Shown here: positions 23,801-35,292 of the stretch, piece by piece
Layout: every line of letters begins with the position of its first letter
Numbering within the stretch: position 1 is the stretch's first letter
NCBI GenBank assembly: GCA_951406725.2
Contig: OX597816.1
Coordinates: forward strand, 172,050,001-172,114,000
Source of the DNA: Octopus vulgaris
Lineage: Eukaryota
Direction: 5' to 3'
Length of the DNA: 64,000 nucleotides
The notes under the pieces: generated by a model
The model's database searches: none
What the model was told of the DNA's origin: nothing
The model's input: the letters and a program-made list of their open reading frames with translations, nothing else
Program-made: the position numbers and the translations under genes

Positions 23801-24300
23801 CATCTGAACGTGGCCGATGCCAGATCCGTCTTGACTGGCTTCCGTGCCGGTGGCACATAAAAAGCACCATCCGAACGTGGCTGATGCCAGATCCGCCTTT
23901 ACTGGCTTCCGTGCCGGTGGCACATAAAAAGCACCATCTGAACGTGGCCGATGCCAGATCTGCCTTGACTGGCTTCTGTGCCGGTGGCACATAAAAAGCA
24001 ACATCTGAACGTGGCCGATGCCAGATCCGCCTTGACTGGCTTCCGTGCCGGTGGCACATAAAAAGCACCATCTGAACGTGGCCGATGCCAGATCCGCCTT
24101 GACTGGCTTCCGTGCCGGTGGCACATAAAAAGCAACATCTGAACGTGGCCGATGCCAGATCCGCCTTGACTGGCTTCCGTGCCGGTGGCACATAAAAAGC
24201 ACCATCCGAACGTGGCCGATGCCAGTGCCGCCTTGACTGGCTTCCGTGCCGGTGGCACGTTAAAAGCACCAACCAATCGTGGCCGATGCCAGACTCCCGT
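20858..24300. repeat. Satellite of ~51 tandem 67-bp units (expanded internal repeat of a family B element ending at ~24476)
   Basis: Unit gtggccgatgccagatccgccttgactggcttccgtgccggtggcacataaaaagcaccatctgaac; followed directly by family B body and tail. Confidence 0.95.
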
Positions 24301-24555
24301 GGCACGTAAAAAGCACCCACTACACTCGCGGAGTGGTTGTCGTTAGGAAGGGCATCCAGCTGTGGCAACTCTGCCAGATCGGACTGGAGCCTGGTGCAGC
24401 ACCTGGCTTCCCAGACCCCGGTCGAACCGTGCAACCCATGCTAGTGCGGAAAACGGACGTTAAACAATGATGATGTATGGAATATTTTATAATCTCCCTC
24501 TCACTATCGCTAATAGAAGAGCCACAGCAATTAATAAATTTGACAGCAAACTTAC

Positions 24556-24625
24556 CTGCTCCATATCTACACGTTTACCATTGTAATCAAGACGGATAGG
24601 TAAATCGGGGGAAAATATCACAGAC
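24556..24625 (-). CDS. ATG2: ATG2 coding exon
   Basis: cag|G...CAG|gtaagt; (R)SVIFSPDLPIRLDYNGKRVDMEQ, like ATG2 PIRLDYHGK.V.MDQ. Confidence 0.95.
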
Positions 24626-25129
24626 CTGTGTGATAGAATATAATGAATATGACTGATTAGAATTAAAAACCTTTACATAGAGAATACTAACAGAAAAGAC
24701 AAATGTTTTCTGCTACATTTAACTGAGAATTTCTTAAGTATTTTCTTTGAATTATTTCAACTTGACCCAAAACTAATAGACTTTTTTATAGAATGAGGTT
24801 ATAGATGACTGAATTAATCTCAGTATATTACTGGTATATCATCAATATACTACTACTTCAGGAAAATCTAGAAAACTCTCTTTGCAGTCACAGCAATTCA
24901 GTTACTTTTTGTTTTGTTTTTTATCATTTACTCAAGAGGAAAGACAGTATCCATGGGTACTGGTGCCATGTAAAAATAAGTACCCTTTGAAAGCTGAGAG
25001 AACACTTTCAAGACTGGTGAGAGGGAGGGAGGGAAGGTATCTATAAATTACAGAGCTACCCTGAATGCTTGTACAGAATGGATGCAGCTAAAAGTACGCA
25101 AGTCCACAGCAGGATCTGAAGACAGAATC

Positions 25130-25790
25130 CAAAGAATCAACAACTTGATACCTCTGTAATTATTTGTATCTAAGGCATCACCTTTTCCTTTGTAGCAGTT
25201 GACTATGTTGCTGCTACACCAGTCATTGGGTATGACTCCTTCGTGTATCACCTGGTTAACTATACGGGTAACTAGGCTATAGCCGACACTGCCAGATATT
25301 TTGAGCATCTCTGCAGTGATTCCTGATGGGCCAGGTGCTTTCACTGTCTTCATACTCTTAATTGCTTTATCTACCAAGGTACTGTAAACTCGGATAGCTG
25401 GTCCCTCTGTTGGGTTAACGTTTGGTAGACTCTCTTTCTCCCATTCATTCTCTTCATTTAGCAACCTTTCATAGTGGCATCTCCAAGTCTCTCTCTTTGC
25501 AGCATCAGTAAATGCAAGTAAGCCATCATCCATGCAAACACAATTATCTCCTACAACATCATGATTCTCTCCCACACACTGTCTTGCAACACAAAATACC
25601 TCAAGTCTTTGGTCCTCATGGCACAGAACATTGACAAATTTTTTCTTATCTGCTTCCCCTCTGGCTAAATAAACCCACCTCCTAGCTTCCCTTCTGGCAG
25701 TCTGATACAATTCCCTGCTACCACCTTTCTTCCGGTCCTTCCAAGCCTGTCCCTTTCCTCTAATAGCCCTTGTCAACAACATTGTTTCAC
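25130..25790 (-). mobile_element. RTE-like LINE reverse-transcriptase N-terminal fragment
   Basis: KAPGPSGITAEMLK...IPNDWCSS..V..YKGKGDALDTNNYRGIKLL. Confidence 0.85.
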
Positions 25791-25854
25791 CACAATGATT
25801 TTTTTTCTAATAACAGTGAGATTAGCTTTGAATGAAACTAAAAATTATCCTTAC

Positions 25855-26177
25855 CTGAAATAGGTGGGTTGAGACATTGTTCGATTTTCCTTGTTTTCAG
25901 AAGGTGCAGAGCCAGAAGATTCTGAAGAAAGATCAATCGATTCTCTGATATCAAATTTTATCAACATTTCCTGTTGTTTGTCATCTTCTTCAGAACTGGC
26001 TGGTGGTCCTTGAATATTTGTACTCAATATGGGTAAAGGTGCATTACTTGAAGAACGTCTCCGAGAACTTTCAGCTTTCAATTCGTGTTCTGGAGATTTC
26101 CTTGACTTTAAGTGATCTATTGATGAGGAACCATTCATAATTTCAGACATAAACTTCATAAGGAAAAAGAGAGCATC
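25855..26177 (-). CDS. ATG2: ATG2 coding exon
   Basis: cag|GAT...TTCAG|gtaagg; DALFFLMKF...low-complexity linker...QPTYFR. Confidence 0.93.
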
Positions 26178-26357
26178 CTGAAAGATTAAAAAAAAAAAAT
26201 AGAATGAAAAAAATGTGATGTTTCAATGACAACTTTAGTGAAATAAAATCATTAAATTACATTTTCACTGACATATCCTCAATATATCTATCATAACTCT
26301 TCACCAGGGTAAGTAATTCTATTCTTACATGGGCCACAAAGATGTTTTCTGTGGGTT

Positions 26358-26577
26358 ACTCTCTCTTTTACTCTTTTACTTGTTTTAGTCATTTGACTGC
26401 GGCCATGCTGGAGCACCACCTTTAGTCAAGCAAATCGACCCCGGGACTTATTCTTTGTAAGCCCAGTACTTATTCTATCGGTCTCTTTTGCTGAACCGCT
26501 AAGTGACGGGGATGTAAACACACCAGCATTGGCTGTCAAGCAATGCTAGGGGGACAAACACAGACACACAAACACAT

Positions 26578-26616
<39 letters not shown>

Positions 26617-27147
26617 AATGAGATAGGGGTTGAAAATTCAACCCACCATGGGATAATATATATCCAATATACTGCTAGATAGGTACCAACAAAGTTAATA
26701 CATAGATGTTAAAAATTGTCAAGCAATCAGTTCATCTATTGTATTAAATGGGTAAAGGTAATAATATTACCGTAAATTAATACTACAAAATTAGAGAATG
26801 GAGAAACATACTTAAATCAGTAAAACATCAATATCCGATGATACTCAATCCATACTTTAATACACCATTACATATGAGTAAAGGCAATATATAAAATGAA
26901 ATGAGATATACAGTAATAGTAAAAGTAAAAAGATAAAGAGATATAAGTAAAAAATTTCAAATATAATATGCAAAATTTTTTACTTATATCTCTTTATCTT
27001 TTTACTTTTACTATTACTGTATATCTCATTTCATTTTATATATTGCCTTTACTCATATGTAATGGTGTATTAAAGTATGGATTGAGTATCATCGGATAGT
27101 TGATGTTTTACTGATTTAAGTATGTTTCTCCATTCTCTAATTTTGTA

Positions 27148-27184
<37 letters not shown>

Positions 27185-27349
27185 TACGACAGGCTTCTTT
27201 CAGTTTCCATCTACCAAATCCACTCACAAGGCATTGGTCGACCTGAACCTATAGCAGAAGACACTTGCCCAAGATGCCACGCAGTGGGACTGAACCCGGA
27301 ACCATGTGGTTGGTTAGCAAGCTACTTACCACACAGCCACTCCTGCGCC
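26358..27349 (-). mobile_element. SINE family A interrupted by a foldback insert in its (TA)n
   Basis: 3' half 26358-26615, 5' half ~27150-27349. Confidence 0.85.
26616..27150. mobile_element. Foldback insert in the (TA)n of a SINE
   Basis: Near-perfect ~178-bp arms 26780-26957 / 26973-27150 plus unique tail 26616-26779. Confidence 0.75.
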
Positions 27350-27559
27350 TTTTCTAAAAACTTTTCAAATTTAATGTATCTGTAGATCAATGAATAGTTG
27401 ATATCTTTTAGATAGTTTATTCTGTCACAATTTATTAAATTTTTGCTTACATAAGCATTGTGAGAGATGGAAATATGATAGGGGAGATATGCTAGAGTCA
27501 AGATTGCAATTTTTCAAAGTACTTCACTACACTGGGACAAATATTAGGGATCAACTAAC

Positions 27560-27661
27560 CTGGTCAATGTTGAGTTTGATAGGTTGAACAGATATTTTAA
27601 GGGCACATTCTTCAGCAGGGACAGCAGGATCTGGACATGTGTGCAAAGCTTTGATGAGCAA
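27560..27661 (-). CDS. ATG2: ATG2 coding exon
   Basis: cag|TTG...CAG|gttagt; LLIKALHTCPDPAVPAEECALKISVQPIKLNIDQ, like ATG2 KALH..P....EC.L..S..P.RLNIDQ. Confidence 0.95.
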
Positions 27662-28092
27662 CTGAAACACAAAGCAAAGAATAGCTTACATTAAAGTTTC
27701 TGAAAACAAACAAATGAGTAACCAATGTGTGTAGATCCATTTATCATATGCTAATTATGCTAATTACTGATAACTCCTATGTAGAGATTAATTTGGATAT
27801 ATCAAACTGGTTCTATAATTCCATTTTAAACTACTTCAGAAACCCTTTCCTATCATCTACCACAGACAACCCTATCATCCATTTGCATTAACTACTCTTA
27901 ATATTCCAAACCAGTGGTAATATTCCTTTTAAATATGCCAATCAATATTTACAAACGAACTTAAATTTTCTAAGCTCCTAATTACAAATGACTATGACTT
28001 ATTGAAAAAATTTCACTGTCTGAACCCTTTCGTTACCAACCCGGCTAAAACCGGCTCTGGCTCTTTAGTATAAATGTCTTGTTTTCATAAGT

Positions 28093-28264
28093 TTTGACTG
28101 CGGCCATGCTGGAGCACCGCCTTTAGTTGAGCAACTCGACCCAAGGACTTATTCTTTTGTAAGCCCAGTACTTATTCTATCGGTTCTTTTGCCGAACCGC
28201 TAAGTGACGGGGACGTAAACACACCGGCATCGGTTGTCAAGCAATGCTAGGGGGACAAACACAA

Positions 28265-28330
<66 letters not shown>

Positions 28331-28479
28331 GACAGGCTTCTTTCAGTTTCCGTCTACCAAATCCACTCACAAGGCATTGGTCGGCCGGCCCGGGGCTATA
28401 GCAGAAGACACTTGCCCAAGATGCCACGCAGTGGGACTGAACCCGGAACCATGTGGTTGGTTAGCAAGCTACTTACCAC
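28093..28479 (-). mobile_element. SINE family A (both ends clipped)
   Basis: Identity to family; abuts a piggyBac-like MITE end at 28021-28092. Confidence 0.8.
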
Positions 28480-28808
28480 GTATGTGTGTGTATATTTGTT
28501 GGTATGCATTCTGCTTATGTGTTTCAGTGTTTGTGTGTGTGTACCTATCTCTTTGTGTGTGCGTGTTTGAATGTGTCTATAAGTATGGGTTTGTGTGACT
28601 ATGTATATACAACAGTTATGTATGGATATGTGTGTCCATGTGTCTGTGTGTGTGTGGAGTGCATGTGTGTATATGGTCATGTGTTTCCATCTCTTTTTGT
28701 GTATGTGTTTTTGTGTGTGTGTGTGTGTGTGTGTGTGCTTGTCTGTCTGTATTACCTATGTACCTATCTACTTACCTATCTGTTTACCTACATATCCATT
28801 TACCTACC

Positions 28809-28852
<44 letters not shown>

Positions 28853-28873
28853 ACAAGAGATGCAGCACGGAAT

Positions 28874-28924
28874 TTTGTCAGTGAACAGGTCGCGGTCTCA
28901 AAGTGACGAAAATATTTTGACAAA
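28874..28924 (+). ncRNA. Hammerhead-like motif with G3/C8 variant core
   Basis: uuuguca-GUGAACA-g-gucgc..gugac-GAAA-auau-UU-ugacaaa. Confidence 0.5.
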
Positions 28925-29099
28925 TTAAATTTAAATGTTAAAGTGAATCTAACGGTTTTGTGTGTGTTATTAAATGGCTTATAAACACCTTTCACGCTGC
29001 AATTGTTTTGGTTCCAGCACACAATCTCAGATCAAGTCACTTGCTATGCAAGTACATCATCATCATCGTTTAACGTCTGTTTTCCATGATAGCATGAGT

Positions 29100-30200
29100 T
29101 GTCAACCTGCATGTGTATATACTGTGGGTATTAGGGTATCACTACCTTCTATGTGCATTTCCTATTTAGCATGGGAGAACGTTTCATTTATAAGGACATA
29201 CTTCAGTATTTGTCTGAGTGACGGGTTCTCCGGGTGCTTGGATAAAATGCGGATGTCAAGTCGGCCTAGTGTGCCTCCATGTAGGTCTTTTGGCATGTTG
29301 ATAGCGTATGGAGGAATGTTTTTTTGTCGTCATATTGTCTCTGATGTTCGTTTAGTTGTTCCGCAATGCTCCTAGATGTCTCCCCTATATTACGTCATGT
29401 TCATGTCTTTACGAGCACCCTCTATGCACCTTATGCGGTAAACTACATTTCTAGTTCTTGAGTTAATGCCAGACTTAATCTTACATACCATGTAGTTCTC
29501 ATTGGTGCATGAGCTATTCTCAAAGGGGGTACAACCTACATAGCTGTGATCTGATGGAGCTCCCTGGCTTTTCAATGATCTTAATGTTGAGTTCGATCTC
29601 CTTAAGAGCTTTCCTAAATCTACAGGCTAGTTCCCCATGGGCTGTGACCTCTACAAACATCACTCCTTGATATTTATCACAAACTCTCTGTATCCTATTC
29701 CAGTCTTTACTTCTGCATCTAGTGCAGGTACCACTGGTTTCATTATATATAATGCTATCTAACTTTTCTAGCTCCCCTGTATACTCAAATCCTATCTTTC
29801 TGGTCATATCCAGAGAATTGCATGCAGTGCATGAGGTTCTGTACATGTTTCCTTATTTCATAGGGTTTGCATAGCAGGGACACGTTATTCATTATCCTAA
29901 GTCTGCTATCAGTATGTTGATTTTCATGTGTGACAAAGCTGAGTTCTTGTGAACAACATATTTTGAAGCTATAGGTTTCATGTAATAGGAGTGGAGTAGC
30001 TGCACTCTATTGTTCACAGTCTCTAACCAAAGTTTAGTATCAAGGACAGGTAGTCTATTGTCATGGTGCCTAATGGGGTCATCTATAGTTACCTTGATAC
30101 TTTGGTGGATGCTCTCCATTATGCTCCTCTTGGTTTCTACACTACAGTTACTAGTTTTGAAATAAAATTTAGACAGTGTACTCATTAGACACAATAATCC
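29100..30200 (-). mobile_element. Decayed Penelope-like element (RT C-terminus and GIY-YIG endonuclease)
   Basis: LPVLDTKLW...YYMKP..S...H..SAL; linker VMFVEVTAHGELA...KIIEKPG; NVVYRIRC...IGETSRSIAEQLNEHQ; frameshifted. Confidence 0.85.
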
Positions 30201-31524
30201 CTATAGTCTTACTGGTACGATTAATAACATTAGTTATGTTAATTAGGGCACTATTTTTAGCATTAAATAAGATTCTAAAAGGTGTTTAAATGAATCATTA
30301 CAAAAATGTTGGTATCTGATCAATATTTCTTTCAGAAATATTACAATAAAATGTTTTCAATCTTCAACATCATCTGGTTGAGTTTACCTGAATTTTCCTC
30401 AAAATCAAACATGATGTTTGGAAAGTTAGTATAGCAACATCCAGTGTCCGAAGGGAGCTAGTTTATAAACGTTTTTGTTGCATGGCTGACACTTGTAATA
30501 TGCGTGTAATGGTGCTCATAAGAAGATATCACTTAATGAGTTTTTGCTGAGCTTTCCAGCAATGTCCTGCAAAGTACATGCATCTTTCTCTAATAACATC
30601 AGTGATTACAAAAAGACTGCTGTGTTCTTTTTTTTTTCCTTTGCTAGGTCTGGAGAAAGATGCAATACACATAGTTTTTTTTTTTTTTAGGCCCTCCCTG
30701 GCTAGTGAGATTGTTGCCATTAATTCCAATTGTACCTTTGTAGGTTTAAGATCTGCAGGATAGACATAAACAAGAAGGGAATTCCAGAGAACTGATTTTC
30801 TGGGAATGAAAGACTGAGTGTAGTGATAAAGTGCAGCACATTAGGGATCAGATACAACATGGACTGGAAAAGAGAAGGAAAAAAGAGTGACTCAAGAATA
30901 TCAAAAGTAAGGTGGCAAACAAGCTCAGAGGAGCAGGGGCCATTATAGTAACAGTGGAAAAAGCAGAAAGAGGAGTCAACAAGTCTATGTGTCAGAGGCT
31001 GGAGTGTGTCCGTGAGTGACTTAATGCCATAGTTTCTGTGTGGTTAAATACTTTTCCCACAAGATTGAAATATAGAAATGTGAAAAAAGCAGCAAAGGCC
31101 AGAGGTAGAGGTGATGATGTGATCAATCACTGAATTGACCAGTGACCACAGCACATCAGTGGTGCTTGTTCTATCACCTCTGAATAAAAATAAATACAAG
31201 TACCATACAGTAATGATTAACTTAGAGAGAGAAATCTGTAAGGCAGGTTCAGTTCCCAGTTGATTCAGTTTACTTAATTCCACCTTATATTTCTGACTCT
31301 AATTCAGTGACACACTGCCTGGAGATGTCATTTATCCCCAAGTGTCCTCTAATCAAGAATACGTGATTGAAAGTCATTCCAGCAATGACAATCTCGCCTT
31401 CTTTTTGTTTATGGAGATGGTGGGGGTGTGATCTGAGAGAGATTTCGTTGCCAGTCATTGTAAATTAAGTGACGACATAACTTCTGTCGTTGTCTCATTT
31501 AACTGAAGAGGTATTCTTTGATAT

Positions 31525-31905
31525 GGAGGCGCAATGGCCCACTGGTTAGGGCAGCGGACTCTCGGTCATAGGATCGCGGTTTCAATTCCCAGACCGGGTG
31601 TTGTGAGTGTTTATTGAGCGAAAACACCTAAAGCTCCACGAGGCTCCGGCAGGGGATGGTGGTGATCCCTGCTGTACTCTTCCACCACAACTTTCTCTCA
31701 CTCTTACTTCCTGTTTCTGTTGTACCTGTATTTCAAGGGGCCGGCCTTGTCACTCTCTGTGTCACGCTGAATATCCCCGAGAACTACGTTAAGGGTACAC
31801 GTGTCTGTGGAGTGCTCAGCCACTTGCACGTTAATTTCACGAGCAGGCTGTTCCGTTGATTCGGATCAACCGGAACCCTCGTCGTCGTAACCAATGGAGT
31901 GCTTC
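31525..31905 (+). mobile_element. tRNA-derived SINE family C
   Basis: Near-identical to 16903-17284. Confidence 0.85.
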
Positions 31906-32072
31906 CATCCATTCTTTGATATTGACTCTGTAGTTTATTATGGATTATGAGGCATATTTAGCATTTTCAGTAAGAATAAAAAGAGGAATTTAGAAATATA
32001 AGTCAAGTGAAAATGTGTTTGGATGATACCAATTGAACATTAACAATTAATGAGAAGGAAAATAATGCTTAC

Positions 32073-32240
32073 CATACTCGCATATGTTTGTTTAGGAGTT
32101 GATTCAGAGGTATATTGGTAAAGGAATTTGTTATATGGGGAAGATGCTAACCGATCTAAAACTTCAACCTCATTAATGAGTAACACCTGCCGAGACACCT
32201 GTTCACAGTTGGGAGGGTAGGTTTCGTGTTGCATACGCAC
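32073..32240 (-). CDS. ATG2: ATG2 coding exon
   Basis: aag|GTG...ATG|gtaagc; VRMQHETYPPNCEQVSRQVLLINEVEVLDRLASSPYNKFLYQYTSESTPKQTYASM matches ATG2 QHEVYP..SRQV...E..DRLA.S..NKFLY. Confidence 0.95.
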
Positions 32241-33349
32241 CTTATTTAAGAAAGAAATTGAAGATATAAAGACAGATATAACAAATTTTGAAAATGACAA
32301 TATTAATACTCAACTGATGTTGGTAGCACATTACTGTAAGATCAGCCTGCTTCAATTATTGGTTTCAGATTTTAGCAGAAGGCCAGAAATTTTGGGAAGG
32401 GGAAAAGTTGATTAGATTGACCCCGGTGCTCAACTGGTATTTACTATATTGACCCCGAAAGGATGAAAGGCAAGGCCAACTTTGGTGGAATTTGGACACA
32501 GAACATAAAGATGGACAAAATGTTACTAAGCATTTTGGCTGGCATGCTAATAATTCTGCCAGCTCACCATCAGACAGCTTCAGATATTATAATACGTATG
32601 GGAGCTTTAAAAAAGAAAGAACAGTAAACCTTGCAGCATTTGATCCAGTTCATTACATTCTGAGTTCAAATCCTGCCATAGTTTCCTTGCAAATTTTTTT
32701 TTTTTAATTTTATCTAGTTTCAGCTCACAAGCTGTGGCCATGCTGGGGCAATGCCAAAGTGGACTTAATTCTATTCTTAGTTTAACATCACTGCCTGAGC
32801 CTCCTTGGATGCCATTAGTGGAGTCCACTTTGTTGCAAGCACTCGATCCAGGTATTTGGTTGAAGGATACCATCCTCCCTTCCACCAGTCTTGAAGGCTT
32901 TAGTTGGCCCAGTGCTATAGTAGATGACGCTTGCCCAAGGTGGTTGGCAAGCAAACTTCTCAACCACACAATCACGTCTGTGCATGCATTTATGATCTCA
33001 TCTCATCTACTAATGTCTGTTCTCCATGCTGGCATGTGTTGAACAGTTTCACAGGAATTGGCCAGCTGGAGCGCTGCCCAGGCTCAATTTGTCTGTTTTG
33101 GCATGGTTTCTATGGCTGGATGCTCTTCCAAATACCAACCACTTTACAGAGTGTGTGTTTATATAAATGTTCTTTTACTTGTTTCAGCCATTTGACTGTG
33201 GCCATGCTGAAGCACTGCCTTTAGTCGAACAAATCAACCCCAGGACTTATTTCTGATTATAATGTATGGAGATCTCATGTTGTCAACAAGCCACAACTAC
33301 TAATTAATTGGAATTAAGAAAGGTATGCAAAAATAACTTCCTTTGGCGT

Positions 33350-33393
<44 letters not shown>

Positions 33394-33866
33394 AGTTACA
33401 GTCCCACCCCTTATTTCTTTCCTAAATTTACTCACATTCCTATGTTTTCCACAAAAGGACATTTGCATTTCGCCCCAAAGTGGGTAGCTGACGTGTGGCT
33501 GAGGGTGAGCGAAGGGGCATTCAGTGTTTCTTTGAGAAAAATTAAACTTTCAAAAACAAATTAGATTTCCTACATTCGTAATCTCTATTTTTCCACATGG
33601 ATAACACAAAATTCAAAAAACAGTTTAAAATTAGGAAATTTCAGTGGGTGGCGGGGAGGAAATGATAATTTCGGAAAACATGATTTCTGAGCAAAATCCT
33701 ATTAACCCCTTTGGTGGAACTGGACGACAGACACCACCCCAAGAAACTGACCCTTCCAATTTTTTTGAGTTTCATGGTGAGGGCTTTACATGCCGTGGTC
33801 CTTTTGCTCTTTCACTATAAATCTGCACATGCGGAAACAGACAAAACAGCCATTCATTTTCCCGTT

Positions 33867-33915
<49 letters not shown>

Positions 33916-34062
33916 TTTCTGTCTACCAAATCCACTCACATGGCTTTTGGTCAGAGACACTTGCCCAAGGTGCCATGCAATGGGACTGAACCCAGAACCA
34001 TGTGGTTGGGAAGCAAGCTTCTTACCACACAGCCACTCCTGTGCCTATATATATATATAAGT

Positions 34063-34099
<37 letters not shown>

Positions 34100-34303
34100 G
34101 ACCTTGAACCCGCAAGAGTAAACAAAAGAGACAGAGACAGGCATAAACAAGGAAAATACCCCTTGTATTTGAATACTATGCAAATATTCTTTTAAAAAAA
34201 CTTTTCTTTTAACTTTTCAAAAATTTTATTGTTTTCCATACAGTCCAAATGACTGAAACCAGTACAGAAATGTTTTTTATAAAATTATTTTAGCATTTTC
34301 TAT

Positions 34304-34676
34304 ACTCTTTACTCTTTTACTTGTTTCAGTCATTTGACTGCGGCCATGCTGGAGCACCACCTTTAGTCGAGCAAATCGACCCCGGGACTTATTCTTTTGT
34401 AAGCCCAGTACTTATTCTATCGGTCTCTTTTGCTGAACCGCTAAGTAACGGGGACGTAAACACACCAGACACACAAACATACACGCACACACATATATAT
34501 ATACATATATACGACGGGCTTCTTTCAGTTTCTGTCTACCAAATCCACTCACAAAGCATTGGTCGGCCCGGGGCTATAGCAGAAGACACTTGCTCAAGGT
34601 GCCACACAGTGGGACTGAACCCGGAACCATGTGGTTGGTTAGCAAGCTACTTACCACACAGCCACTCCTGCGCCTA
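34304..34676 (-). mobile_element. SINE family A
   Basis: Copy with internal deletion. Confidence 0.85.
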
Positions 34677-34894
34677 TCTTGACTTTTTTTTCCACATATA
34701 AATATATATTTGATTGCCTTCCACACACACTTTCTGTAAATTTCAACTCATTCATGATGTAGAAACTTCAAACAAACAGCAACAATAAGGTAAAATTTTA
34801 CTTTGAAGGGAAAATCACAAAGTAAAAACTATGATGTACATCACTTAGACAATAAAATATGAACATCTGAATTCTTGAATAAAGTATAAGATAC

Positions 34895-35015
34895 CTTCAT
34901 CAGTTGTAATTCCATCATAATATCTGTTTCCCTCCCAGGTCCACCAAGATCATACAGAGACACTGAAACATTTCGTTCTTTGTGAATTTTTTTATAATAG
35001 TCTGATTGATCAGAT
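34895..35015 (-). CDS. ATG2: ATG2 coding exon
   Basis: cag|A...AAG|gtatct; SDQSDYYKKIHKERNVSVSLYDLGGPGRETDIMMELQLMK, like ATG2 GG.GR....LMEIQLSK. Confidence 0.9.
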
Positions 35016-35061
35016 CTGTAATAAATGAAAATATACAAAAATAAATTAAGAAAAACTTATA

Positions 35062-35292
35062 TATTTCTTTACTACCCACAAGGGGCTAAACATAGAGGGG
35101 ACAAACAAGGACAGACAAAGGGATTGAGTCGATTACATCGACCCAGTGCGAAACTGGTACTTTATTTATCGACCCCGAGAGGATGAAAGGCAAAGTCGAC
35201 CTCGGCGGAATTTGAACTCAGAACGTAACGACAGACGAAATACGGCAACGCATTTCGCCCGGCGCGCTAACATTTCTGCCAGCTCGCCGCCT
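35062..35292 (-). mobile_element. tRNA-derived SINE family D
   Basis: ggcggcgagctggcag head, gagttcaaattcc B-box, gcctttcatcc..ggggtcgataaa core; ~18-bp TSD aattaagaaaaa(c/t)ttata. Confidence 0.85.

Noticed and set aside
20858-24300. CRISPR-like appearance (regular palindromic repeats)
   Set aside because: There are no unique spacers or cas genes, and the context is a eukaryotic intron; units are near-identical along their whole length
21081-24434. Very long minus-strand ORFs (up to 929 aa) with Cys/His-rich repeats
   Set aside because: They are translations of the 67-bp satellite (201-nt period cycling through all three frames), occur in every frame, lie in an ATG2 intron and have no recognisable domain
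30480-30660. ITDVIRERCMYFAGHCWKA on the minus strand
   Set aside because: Resembles a decayed RTE-type LINE C-terminus but is too short to classify; not a host exon
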